50,460 nt of DNA from Candidatus Bathyarchaeia archaeon (GCA_050015395.1 JBEKBM010000025.1:1-50460), one strand, 5' to 3'; numbered from the stretch's first letter, positions 27,650 to 38,059 are shown. The notes: a model not told the origin generated them from the sequence alone. A program made the numbers and translations.

Positions 27650-28291
27650 CTAGTCGTCCCCTAAAATGGGGGAAGAAAGAGACGTTTGCCGCTCAACGGC
27701 ACGATTGAAACTTCCAAGCCTTTGCCGCTTAACAGACCGATAATTGAATATCTGCATGTTGCTCAAAGGAATATTCCAGGTTTTCAGCATTAAGCATACT
27801 GCTGCAACTCTAAGGTAGATCGACGCCGCCATCATCCAGGACTGGACGGGGAAAACTACGAAGCCTAAGTTGAGATGGAACAGTACCGCGTTTTGAGGGA
27901 TTAGCCACTCACTGTAGTAGGTCGATAGGTTGATATGCATTCCAATTAGGTATCTAATGAAGTTGTAGAATACGTCGTTCATGAGTGAGGTGATAAGTCC
28001 TAATCCAATTGTAAACTTCCAATTTTTTAGGTTAAATATTGAGAAACCAACGAACGGTAAAAAATACATTAAGACTAACCATAAATGGTAACCGTAGTCT
28101 GAACCTCCTGGAGTGGAAATGTCAATATAATTGATAAATACTAATCCGTAAATAACAGCGAAAATTATTAAAAAAGGCAACTTTCCTTCAAGAGCTCCAG
28201 TTAACCCTTTTTTGCCTCTTGTTTGGGTTTCTGTCTCTTGCAGGTGGGTTACTTTTTTTAACGTCAAGGCGTCTTCACTGTTAGTCCTCAT
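27650..28291 (-). CDS. Membrane protein, tandem paralog 2
   Basis: Same motifs as 27052..27501 with longer termini. Confidence 0.8.
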   Translation of the reverse strand: MRTNSEDALTLKKVTHLQETETQTRGKKGLTGALEGKLPFLIIFAVIYGLVFINYIDISTPGGSDYGYHLWLVLMYFLPFVGFSIFNLKNWKFTIGLGLITSLMNDVFYNFIRYLIGMHINLSTYYSEWLIPQNAVLFHLNLGFVVFPVQSWMMAASIYLRVAAVCLMLKTWNIPLSNMQIFNYRSVKRQRLGSFNRAVERQTSLSSPILGDD

Positions 28292-28861
28292 GTCGTAAGT
28301 CTTAATAAATATTGTTTATCTTGGATAAACATTTAACAGCCTTAATAGCACGGCGTAAATCTTGCCTGTTTGCCACCTCATACATGTGACCCTGCGGATT
28401 ACAAGATTTACCTAGCAGTTGATCCTTTCTTAGAGTTTTTTGCATTTTCAATTCCTCGAATCTTTAAAGTCTTAAGTATTAATAACCGTTATTAGTTATC
28501 TGAACTACACAAATGCACAACTACACACCAAAAAACCATCATTCTCACAAGCAAGCAATCAAGAAACATCAAATCTGTTCAACTATTCCAAATTTTTCCT
28601 TAAGTCTTATCCTCATTGCGCCAGATGTTAATTGAAATTTAACACTACCAGCAACATAAACAAAGTCGTTCCAATAGAACTCGTTTCAACTGCTACCCAT
28701 AAAGAACTTACAGATATCTAAACCGTAGGGAAATAATTTTGCGCATAATTATAGACTAAGCTTATTTGTCATATCAAACAGTAAAATAGCCTCAATACAC
28801 TGGTGGACGTTAAATGCCCCGACAAAAACTATAAACCTTCAATAAAACCATCATATCGGCC

Positions 28862-29016
28862 ATGCTCGCACTAAGCATAGGATTAGTAGTAACTACACAC
28901 CCTGGGGCATACGGTTAACACCCATAACCCTCAGCTTACTCGCATTAACCATAGTTTTTGCAACAGCCTCCGTCCTACGCGAATATCAAGCAAAAGCTGT
29001 CAAAGTCAGCGCCTAA
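28862..29016 (+). pseudogene. DUF1616-family remnant
   Basis: MLALSIGLV / frameshift / NYTPWGIRLTPITLSLLALTIVFATASVLREYQ...*; homologous to the end of 20663..21268. Confidence 0.75.
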
Positions 29017-29580
29017 TTCTTAAACTAAAAGGCAAATAGACAAAAGCACTTGCTAATTTTTCCAACTCTCGCAAAGCGCAGCCCAAAACATGCTTGCAGC
29101 GGTCGCAAATATTTTTTGTAATTTTTCTTCTGGTTAGCCGTGACTATGCCAGTAGTGCTCCGTAGTATGCTTAAGCCAAATTGTGTGTTCGCTTTGACGC
29201 CATACTGGTTATTTTCGAGTTCGCTCCAGTCTTCAACGGTTATGTCTCAGCCATTCGACCCCAACATAAGCGACATGCACATTATGGCAAGCGCGCTCAA
29301 ACCAAATTATCTGTATTAGTAGAAGTGTGACGTGAATTGGAGCATTAATATCGGCATATCAATTTAGGTAGAGCCCCATAGTTGGCTGGCTTCTTCTTGT
29401 TTCTTTTGTTCTTTGAGTTTTTGGTTTCGATAAATACCTCGATTGCCATTAGAGTTGTCCGTTGTATTTTTGCATCGTATACTCCAGCTTTTTGAGTTTG
29501 CTTTGCTTTTCAGGTCCAGTTTTCCGATTGTGTGCTTGTGTAGCGCATATGCTCAATGAGGCTTATTTCTGCATTGCACC

Positions 29581-30066
29581 TTGGCGTTAGTGATGATTGA
29601 TATGCGAAAACCTCTACGAGCAATCTCTGTTTTTCTTGTGATTGGACTGGTGCTGGCTGTGGGAACTGCGATATTCGCTTCCTCTGCGTCAACTAATCAA
29701 GTGAGCCAATCTGTGTCTTCAAAAGGAAAACTAACCGTGATTAACCTTGGCGTCTACTCCAACAGTGCTTGCACTTTGATTTTGACTTCTTTAAATTTTG
29801 GTTCTATATATTCGGGTGGCAGTTCAAACATTACCTTATGGGTCAAGAACTTAGGTAACTCTAATGAGCAGCTAAGTTTAACGACAAACACTTGGTCTCC
29901 TGTGAGTGTTTCCCAATGGCTGACGCTGTCGTGGAACCAAGCAGGCACTGTATTGACGCAAAACCAGGTAGTGGCTGCAAATTTGATTTTGAATGTTTCA
30001 CCTTCCGTGAATCCCAGCTTGAGCAACTTCACATTTAATGCGGTGATTACTGGAACGGCAGCCTAA
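29581..30066 (+). CDS. Small secreted or anchored beta-rich protein
   Basis: N-terminal hydrophobic segment; LNFGSIYSG, LWVKNLGN; T-rich terminator-like run follows the stop. Confidence 0.75.
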   Translation: MALVMIDMRKPLRAISVFLVIGLVLAVGTAIFASSASTNQVSQSVSSKGKLTVINLGVYSNSACTLILTSLNFGSIYSGGSSNITLWVKNLGNSNEQLSLTTNTWSPVSVSQWLTLSWNQAGTVLTQNQVVAANLILNVSPSVNPSLSNFTFNAVITGTAA

Positions 30067-30263
30067 TCTGCTTCCTTTTTTTTATAGAGAAGTTAGCAAG
30101 AAAGCTACCGACTTTAGTCGGTGAGAGTGTCAACTTTATTCCATTAACATTCATTGAATTTAAAATAGCCATCAATGTACCTTAATCGAACAGAATCCCC
30201 CATAGAAAAACTAATGACCACCCTCAAACAATAACCAGAAAGTAGGAAAGTGCATCAAAAAAC

Positions 30264-30633
30264 TTGAAAATAAATTGGCGCCCTGAACCTAATGTTATCG
30301 CTATGGTCATTTCCATAAATAATGTGAACGTAAGGCTAACCGAGGAACGATGGCTCCATATAGTCGAATATCACAGAGAACTCGTAAATTTCCAACTTGA
30401 AGTTCTGTTGACCATTGCCGAGCCTGATAGAGTTTACTTTTCTCCAACAGGCATGGAACCAAATTTTGTCGCTTTCAAAGTTTTTGATCGATTTGCAGAT
30501 TTTGGTTTGTCAAAGAATCTTGCTGTTCATTACAGGGAAGTTTCTCAGCCCAATGGATTTATATTAACGGCCTCTTGTAATTTCTGATAAGAGGCTTAAG
30601 AAGAGGTTTAGACTATGGCAGAGATTAAAGTAA
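30264..30633 (+). pseudogene. Frameshifted toxin-like nuclease (BECR/BrnT-like partner of DUF2283)
   Basis: VRLTEERWLHIVEYH, TIAEPD, GFILTA; a natural-looking C-terminus LVISDKRLKKRFRLWQRLK* continues in another frame after about 30572. Confidence 0.55.
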
Positions 30634-30635
30634 GA

Positions 30636-30892
30636 ATGGTCATAGACCCGTTTAGGACCGTAGGAAACGCCTTATCTTGTGCCAAAAAACTAAAATTGCC
30701 CAGACAATGGTTTCTGTTGACTACGACGATGAAGCAGATATTCTGTATGTTAAATTTAAGCACGCAAAAATCGTTGATAATGACCCTCTTGACGATAAAG
30801 GACTTGTCACCGCGTCTTTAGATGAACGTGGAAAAGTCGTTGGATTAGTGATTATGGAAGCTTCAAAGTTTACTAAACAACGCAAAAATTAA
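30636..30892 (+). CDS. DUF2283-family protein (intact from ATG 30707, or frameshifted from ATG 30636)
   Basis: VDYDDEADILYVKF...DERGKVVGLVIMEAS. Confidence 0.8.
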
Positions 30893-30912
30893 GCGTACGA
30901 CCTGATAAAAAG

Positions 30913-31179
30913 TTGCGGAATGGACGAACCAGGAGCATTCTCGTTATAAAAGTCATTGGCGCAATGCTCTTCATATACGGTTTGCTCGGCTGGATCTACG
31001 GAGTAGCAATACAGTTCTATCAACTTTTGTTGTTACTTTCTAGAATTTCTCACTTTACTCCTTGGTTGAGATTGGACACTTTCACGGTTTTGTCGTTTCT
31101 TGCTAGTGCACTCGGCTTTTTCATTTGGAGGTTGTCCGCAGAATTGATCGTTTGCTCACATGACTATGAACGTCACTGA
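30913..31179 (+). CDS. Small membrane protein
   Basis: 88 aa with two hydrophobic segments. Confidence 0.6.
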   Translation: MRNGRTRSILVIKVIGAMLFIYGLLGWIYGVAIQFYQLLLLLSRISHFTPWLRLDTFTVLSFLASALGFFIWRLSAELIVCSHDYERH

Positions 31180-31416
31180 ATACTGCAGACCGTCCCCATT
31201 TTTGTTTTAAGCTTTACTTATCCCATTTGATAACTCAACTTAACAGTGCCGGGAGCATGCTACCAACTGATGTTTCAAATTTGTAATCGCGTTTGCTCGA
31301 TTGTTGATATTGTTACATCGTACGTGCCACATAGATTTATTTACATAGTTGTAAGTTATGTAGTGGATGTTTGGGCGACCCTTTTAACGTAAGGTAAATT
31401 TTTTGGTTGGTATAAA

Positions 31417-32592
31417 ATGAAATCGCGTGAATTCTCAACGGCTTTTGAGAAGGTAATTAAAAGATTAGATATATTAGACGCGAAAATGGGCGAATTTCCT
31501 CAGATTCGCGTCCAAGTCTCATACAGACTCCTGCCCACTCTCACCGCTTTGACAAATCTCGGTTCCGGAACTGCAAGCCAGATAAGCAAAATAACTGGCA
31601 GGGCTCGTGCGTTTGAAAGCAAAAACCTGAACGAGCTGTATTCAATGGGTCTTCTGACCAAGCATCACCAAGGGCGAGCGCAAGTTTTCAAATCAAAGCA
31701 TTATGTATTGCAAACCGCTTTTCAGCGCTTCTATACAGTCCTTTCAAGCATGTGTGATGGCATCGTAATAGTATCAAATAATGACCAAATTGAATTTGCT
31801 AATCAAGCGTTCTGCGAATATTTTGGTTTGAAGGAATTACCCACGGAGCTCAAGGGGCTAAAAGCAGAAGAAGTTAATGAAAGAGTTACGGAATCTTATC
31901 TGCATCCCGAGGAACAAAAAGCTCGAATTAGGGAAATAATTACCCAAGGAAAAACAATAAAGGGCGAAGAAATAGCACTGAAAGATGGCAGGACCTTCCT
32001 GAGAGAAGTCATTCCGATAAATGTAGACGGAAAGCCTTTTGGTTGGTTATTTCAGCACATTGACGTTACCGAAAATAAGAAAGCTACAGAAGCCCTGCGC
32101 AAAAGCGAGGAACGCTACCGATCATATATTGAACTCACATGTGAGATAGGGTGGACTACTAACGGCGAGGGTGAAGTGGTTGAAGATATTCCATCTTGGA
32201 GAAAATACACGGGCCAATCCTTTGAAGAAATGAAAGGTTGGGGTTGGTCAAAAGTCATTCACCCCGATGATGTTGAACATGCAATTAAGGCGTGGAAAGA
32301 TGCAGCAAAAACAAAAACCAGATATGAAGTTGAATATCGCCTGCGCCGCTTTGACGGCGTTTACCGCAACTTTTTAGCCCGAGCCGCTCCCGTGATTAAC
32401 GATGATGAGAGCACAAGGGAATGGGTAGGCACCTGCATAGATATAACCGAACGTACGCAAGCGCAGCAGAAAACAGAAGAATTCGCTTCTCACATAGAGG
32501 AACTAGTTCAGGAGCACACGAAGCTGCTAAAACACGAGAAACGTCTTCTAAAGCCAAATTCCAGCCCACACCAGATTCAATCGTTAGGCTAA
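31417..32592 (+). CDS. Winged-helix plus two PAS/PAC domains; C-terminally truncated sensor
   Basis: GTASQISKITGRARAFESKNLNEL HTH; FANQAF; IHPDD...WVGTCIDITE; no HisKA or HATPase domain. Confidence 0.8.
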   Translation: MKSREFSTAFEKVIKRLDILDAKMGEFPQIRVQVSYRLLPTLTALTNLGSGTASQISKITGRARAFESKNLNELYSMGLLTKHHQGRAQVFKSKHYVLQTAFQRFYTVLSSMCDGIVIVSNNDQIEFANQAFCEYFGLKELPTELKGLKAEEVNERVTESYLHPEEQKARIREIITQGKTIKGEEIALKDGRTFLREVIPINVDGKPFGWLFQHIDVTENKKATEALRKSEERYRSYIELTCEIGWTTNGEGEVVEDIPSWRKYTGQSFEEMKGWGWSKVIHPDDVEHAIKAWKDAAKTKTRYEVEYRLRRFDGVYRNFLARAAPVINDDESTREWVGTCIDITERTQAQQKTEEFASHIEELVQEHTKLLKHEKRLLKPNSSPHQIQSLG

Positions 32593-32696
32593 TCAAAAGT
32601 GCTAATACAACAGCTGGAACCGCACTCAGTTTTTTCAGTTGTCTCGCTCTGCGAACTCCCTTGTGAAGTTTATCAACAGCATAACAATGCATCACC

Positions 32697-33101
32697 TTGC
32701 CACCTTGCATCAGCCAAAACGGGCTTGCACTCTCAGCAGGCGCTACCGCGATTCTTGTTTTACTTATTCTCTATGCTGTATACTTGGATAGAAAAGAGAA
32801 ACTTGCTCTTTTAAACCTCTACCGAAAACTTCCATCACAAGACCAACTCATAATGAAAGCAGTCACAAACGCCGAAAACATGCACAACCCATCAACCCAA
32901 GCTATAACTCTTGGATTCCAAAAACTCTCCCAAACACCCACTTCTGAAACTTGGATCGCACAAAAACTAGACGAAGCAGAAAACACCGGCTTAATCAAGA
33001 AAACACTCACAAACAAAGATGACACCCCCGCTCTCGCATGGAAAAATCAAATGCCTGAAAAAGGTTCTGTTAACTTCATAGGCGATGTTTTTCCCTGTTA
33101 A
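32697..33101 (+). pseudogene. Probable C-terminal fragment of a larger membrane protein (TM plus winged-helix-like tail)
   Basis: No clear N-terminus; one TM, then LYRKLPSQDQLIMKAV...KLDEAENTGLI. Confidence 0.4.
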
Positions 33102-33446
33102 CGGTCGGGTGATGAACGGTTTTACTGCTGTTAACTTTCGGGTGATACGAGCAATCCAATTTAACATTTTTCAATGTATTTTTCTGTTTCGAGATCTTGT
33201 CTAAAACTGCTATTTTGCAAGTAGACTCGTCCAAAATAAAATTCAATAAATTGTGCGTGTTAAGTTAGGTATTTTTCTTTCAAGTTGTTTAGTATGTTCT
33301 TTTCTTTTTCCCTAAACAACTTAAAGGTAGCTTGTTGTTGATGATGATAAACTATTTTTCTTCTTTTCAGAAATTATAAGGCCTAGGCAGTATAACTTTA
33401 GCTTCATATCACTAAACACACAATAAATTTAATAATTAAGCAAACG

Positions 33447-33908
33447 TTAGGTCGCGTGAAGCCAACCGCGTCCGCCTTTCTTAGGCTGTTGAACTTCCCG
33501 CTTCTTAGGAACATACGCCAAAGTACGCTTGTTTCTCTGAGGCTCGCGACCGGTGATTTTGGTTTTTACGAATTTACTCCAGCCGCCCGCATCAACATTT
33601 GGCTGAACAAAACGGTCAGAGTCTTCAACCATATGTTGTTCAAGGATTTCCTTAAAATTTAACGCCTTAAAATCCCGAGTCGCATGAATAATGGTGCCGC
33701 GCTCCACGCGCAAAGAGGTATAGTCACTCACCGAAACGCCTTCAGCTCTCACCTTATCATTAAAGCGCTCACTCCACAAAAGCTTCCATTGAACCGTAAG
33801 CTTCTCAACTAATTCCTTTTGCACCTTGAGTCTTTCAAGAGAAGCATCAGTAAAAGCTGGAGGCGAATCCTTAGTAACCCGCAATCGCGTCTCTCCTTCT
33901 CTACTCAC
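33447..33908 (-). CDS. Hypothetical protein
   Basis: 153 aa ORF with RBS-like GGAG/AGGTG upstream. Confidence 0.75.
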   Translation of the reverse strand: MSREGETRLRVTKDSPPAFTDASLERLKVQKELVEKLTVQWKLLWSERFNDKVRAEGVSVSDYTSLRVERGTIIHATRDFKALNFKEILEQHMVEDSDRFVQPNVDAGGWSKFVKTKITGREPQRNKRTLAYVPKKREVQQPKKGGRGWLHAT

Positions 33909-33972
33909 ACCTTTCTCCTTGAACTATTTAACAATTATTCTAGAACAAACATAAGCTTTTCCATAAATTTAG

Positions 33973-34899
33973 TGTGTTGAATAACTTAAGTTCTACTTCT
34001 GCATAGAACGTTTGAATTAGATTTAGACTTTGTTGCAGCCTGGTCTAGAGAACTAAAAGCGATGAACGAACGCAAAGAAGGCGCCAGATACCGCTACCCT
34101 GAATCATTCGTAAAGCTGCTGGCAGTCGTACACGCCTACGTTTTGCCGTATCGGCAGCTCGAAGGCTTCATGCGAGCCTTAAGCCAGCACGTTGACGGTC
34201 TCAAAGCACTCGACTACACCACCATCTGGTGGCGAGTTGCCAAAATGAAGGTTGATATGGTCTCTTCCGTAGAGTTAGACAAGGATGTCACCATCGCAGT
34301 GGATTCCACCGGCATCAAAGTGTCCAACAGAGGCGCGAGTGGATCCGCAAAAATGGAAAGTCAAACGCGGCTTCATAAAAGTGCACATAGCAGTAGATAT
34401 CAAGACCAAACAGATACTGGCTATTGAAGTGACGCGCGAGGACGTTGGAGACGGAAGAATGCTTGGGAGGCTGGTGAAGGATTCTGCGGGAGTAGCGGAT
34501 TTGAAGCGGGTCATTGGCGATGGCGCGTATGATTCCAAAAACAATTTTCGGATGCTCAGTGAAAGGGGCATTGATCCTTTGATAAGGGTTAGAAAGAATG
34601 CTTCTTTGAAGGGTGGCGGATGTATGCCGCGCAAGTTTGCTGTGGTTTTGCAGCTTGGCAATGTTGAGTGGCGCAAAGAGGGGGGTTATGGTTATCGGTG
34701 GATGGCTGAGTCAGCGTTCTCATGCATAAAGCGAATCTTCGGAGAACACATCACTTCAGTAAAGTGGAACAACATAGTTAACGAACTGCTCCTCAAGGCG
34801 TCAATTTACAATTTGTTCATGTCAATGAATCCACAGTAAGCAACAGCGAAACTGTGAAGAGAAACCTGATTTAAAAAGAACCATCAGTCATTCGGCACA
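33973..34899 (+). mobile_element. IS5-family insertion sequence remnant
   Basis: Imperfect terminal inverted repeats TGTGTTGAATAACT (33973) and AGTCATTCGGCACA (34886) enclose a DDE transposase pseudogene. Confidence 0.8.
34062..34839 (+). pseudogene. IS5-family DDE transposase, 5'-truncated and frameshifted near 34335
   Basis: LPYRQLEG, AVDSTGIK in one frame; KVHIAVD, GDGAYDS, YGYRWMAESAFSCIKRIFG in another. Confidence 0.9.
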
Positions 34900-35138
34900 G
34901 CACTAATGATAAATTATATATACTGTAATGTGACAAATAGTCACCGTTTGTCTGCCAGATGAGTAATCATGAAACCACAAATTTACCCTCTAGAGGTCCT
35001 AAAAAGGTGCACGTACAGAACCAACATAATAGCATGGTATAGGAAACCGCAAAAATTCTGCAATGCTCCCTCAGAACACCACTTCTGCGATAACGCCCAA
35101 GCAAAACTGAACCAACCAACCCGTAAAGGTGGCTACTA

Positions 35139-35465
35139 ATGCAAGCAACAAAAAATAACAAATCAGCCGCTTGCCCCAAAAATATCTACATCGTAGGCAC
35201 AAAAACCGGCAAATGCCGACTCTGCAAGGAAACAAAAAAATTATTCCTACTAAGATACGGCTTTACTCTTTGCGAAGACTGCTTAAGCATTTGTACAAGC
35301 ATCTTAGAGCAGCTGCAGTCTGGAGTGACAGAGCAGAAATCGAAAGAAAACCTCAACTCTGAAAAAGAAAAAGCGGACTCTTGCAAAAAATCCCAAGTAT
35401 CCAAATCAAACACTAACGTTGGCAGAAAAAACAAGCAATACGCAAAAATGGGAACTCAGGTCTGA
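35139..35465 (+). CDS. Small zinc-finger-like protein
   Basis: CRLC...CEDCLSIC. Confidence 0.6.
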   Translation: MQATKNNKSAACPKNIYIVGTKTGKCRLCKETKKLFLLRYGFTLCEDCLSICTSILEQLQSGVTEQKSKENLNSEKEKADSCKKSQVSKSNTNVGRKNKQYAKMGTQV

Positions 35466-35467
35466 AC

Positions 35468-35944
35468 ATGACGATTTCTTCTAAACTTGACAAAATGCCC
35501 AGCAAAAACAACTTAATAAAATCCGAAGTGACTAAGGATATCTCTATCATGATACGTTATGGTGGACGAAAATTCCTGTCAAAGTTAAAACAGAAATCAA
35601 TCCGAAGTAACAACTCTTGGTTTCGTGTACTTAGCATGGATAAGCGAAGATTCATAGATGCAGTAATCCAAACCGTGGATAAAATACGTAGCTCTTTGCT
35701 GCTTAAAATTTTAACTGGGTTCGTTGAAAAACTGTTTCGCGCTATAGGTGGAATTCGCGGATTAATAGGCAATCTCGCCTTTGAGATGCAGAACTTTGGG
35801 CATCCATTAGCACAAAGAATCAGCTTAATCGCGGCCAACTGGGGAAATAACCTTGCTGCGGCCTGGTCAAATGATGAAGGCTTCATAAGGTATCTAACTG
35901 TTATCGACATGAATAACCTTCCAATTTTCAAAATTTTTTCTTAA
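35468..35944 (+). CDS. Hypothetical basic protein
   Basis: 158 aa ORF co-oriented 2 bp after the previous gene. Confidence 0.65.
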   Translation: MTISSKLDKMPSKNNLIKSEVTKDISIMIRYGGRKFLSKLKQKSIRSNNSWFRVLSMDKRRFIDAVIQTVDKIRSSLLLKILTGFVEKLFRAIGGIRGLIGNLAFEMQNFGHPLAQRISLIAANWGNNLAAAWSNDEGFIRYLTVIDMNNLPIFKIFS

Positions 35945-36077
35945 GTGACTACTTGAAAACTTTATCATATCCCATTAGAGCATATATTTTCCGAAAGGCC
36001 ATCTTTGGGGTATTTTAGACTTATTCTTAGCTATTCATAGCCCTAATTACAATTAATAGTGTAGAAAAAATGGGCTT

Positions 36078-37355
36078 TTGAGTTTTTTCAGTGGTACTCT
36101 GGAAAAAATATTGATTAAAGGATGCAATAGCCTAGAAGGCACCGTTTGCATAAGTGGTGCTAAAAACGCAGCATTGCCTATACTGGCGGCTTCAATTCTG
36201 ACGAGCGATAATGTGACTTTGTTTAATGTCCCAAGCTTGCTTGATGTTACATCAAAAACTAATCTACTTCAAAGCATTGGCGTCGTAGTAGAATCAAACG
36301 GTAACACCCTTAGAATTAACTCACAAAATCTAGATTTAACTATGTTAGCTGGCAACGTATATGCAAAGCAGGTTAGAACTTCAGTTCTCATGTTAGGAGC
36401 ACTGATACATCGCCAAAAAGAGGTTAAAATGCCTTTACCCTGTGGTTGCGATCTGGGCGATCGAGGTTTAGATCAGCATATCTTGGCGTTATCAAATTTA
36501 GGTGTAAAAATAGTGATTGAGAACGGATTTTTAAAAGCAACCGCAGACAAGCTCCATGCATGTGAGACGATTCTAGACTTTCCGAGTGTGGGAGCGACCG
36601 AGAACGCTATAATAGCATCTTCCGTTGTTGAAGGAACATCCGTTATACGAAATGCTGCAAAAGAACCTGAAATAGTGGATTTAGCAAACTTCCTCAATTC
36701 TATGGGAGCAATTATTACAGGAGCTGGAACCAATTCAATAATAATAACTGGTGTAAAAGAACTTGCTGGTACCAAATATGAAATAATCCCTGATCGCATT
36801 GAGACTGGAACCTATATTGTTGCAGTAGCAGCAACTGGAGGAAACTTGCTCATAAGGAACACTAATACTAAGTTTTTAGAGCAGGTTTTATCTACGTTAA
36901 TGCAAATTGGCGTCGTTATTAGAAAGACTGAAGAGGGCATAAGGGTTTTATCCGATAGTTATCTTTACCCAACAGATATTATAACCGCTGTTTATCCAGG
37001 CTTTCCCTCTGATATGCAACCAATATTAACAACTCTCCTATCAGTTGTCGAGGGAAAAAGCACAATTAAAGAAACGATCTATAAAAACAGGTTTTATCAC
37101 GTTCCAGAACTTCTCAAAATGGGTGCAATGATCCAAATTAAAGAAAATATGTTACACATTACAGGAGTAAAAAAACTTCAAGGGTGTTTAGTTAATGCAC
37201 ATGACATACGAGCAGGTGCTTCATTACTTATCGCAGGGCTCATTGCGAACGGCCCTACTGTTATAGAAAACGCTAATCAAATCTTCCGAGGTTATGAAGA
37301 TATAATCGGAAAACTTGCTGCAATTGGCGCAGATTGTAAATTATTAAAGGATTGA
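36078..37355 (+). CDS. murA: UDP-N-acetylglucosamine 1-carboxyvinyltransferase (possible start CTG 36099)
   Basis: SGAKNAALP, LPCGCDLGDR (catalytic Cys loop), SVGATEN, AAKEPE, PDRIETGT, YPGFPSDMQ, DIRAGASL, RGYE. Confidence 0.92.
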   Translation: MSFFSGTLEKILIKGCNSLEGTVCISGAKNAALPILAASILTSDNVTLFNVPSLLDVTSKTNLLQSIGVVVESNGNTLRINSQNLDLTMLAGNVYAKQVRTSVLMLGALIHRQKEVKMPLPCGCDLGDRGLDQHILALSNLGVKIVIENGFLKATADKLHACETILDFPSVGATENAIIASSVVEGTSVIRNAAKEPEIVDLANFLNSMGAIITGAGTNSIIITGVKELAGTKYEIIPDRIETGTYIVAVAATGGNLLIRNTNTKFLEQVLSTLMQIGVVIRKTEEGIRVLSDSYLYPTDIITAVYPGFPSDMQPILTTLLSVVEGKSTIKETIYKNRFYHVPELLKMGAMIQIKENMLHITGVKKLQGCLVNAHDIRAGASLLIAGLIANGPTVIENANQIFRGYEDIIGKLAAIGADCKLLKD

Positions 37356-37740
37356 AGAGAAAAAGGAAGTTCAGAACTGTTAGAGAAAGCGAAGGCTCGC
37401 TTAATCTATCTTGCAATGACATTAGTTGGCTGTTTTATGACGTGGTTAGGAAAATATTTTGTTTCTTGGGTTTCCATAAGTGGTTCGATGGTCGAGGCAA
37501 CGGATTGCCAATTTATTGCATCCGTTATTATACGACTTTCCCATTTGGCAGAAAACTGGGGGTTCAAGATAACGATATTCCAAATAACCACTCATGAAAA
37601 TTCCACTATCAGTAAAGCAATGCTGTCCCTCAAATGTTGTCTTTGAACATAAAAGGTAAGCAATCATTCTTATTTTTAGTCCGATTCTGAATCAAATTTA
37701 ATTTTAAAAGCTAATCGATTTCTTAATGTAATCAAGAGAG

Positions 37741-37935
37741 GTGCAAAGTATCTTGGGTGTAGTGCAAAAGAAAAGAGTTGAAGTGACAATGGCTAATCCT
37801 TACTTGGACGGCATGGAATTATTGTTAAAAGATGGGCTCTATGAGAGCCAAGCAGAAATTGTTAAGGATGCTTTAAGGCGACTATTCGTGCATTATGAAA
37901 TTCAATTAATAACCGATGTCACGGTAGATAGCTAA
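37741..37935 (+). CDS. Small RHH/CopG-like regulator
   Basis: RVEVTM...LLKDGLYESQAEIVKDALRRL. Confidence 0.6.
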   Translation: MQSILGVVQKKRVEVTMANPYLDGMELLLKDGLYESQAEIVKDALRRLFVHYEIQLITDVTVDS

Positions 37936-38059
37936 ATTTTTTCCTAGGAATCTTAATTTTTAATTATGTCCATAGTTCTGAAAGTAACGGTTTTTTGTTA
38001 GACAAAGTTTTTATTCGCGTTTGAAACTTATTTTCGACCGTTAAGACAAAGGATGATTC

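Noticed and set aside
36078-37355. AroA (EPSP synthase) instead of MurA
   Set aside because: Motifs GAKNA, GCxxGxR, SVGATEN and RGYE are MurA-specific; the AroA motifs SKS and SSQ are absent.
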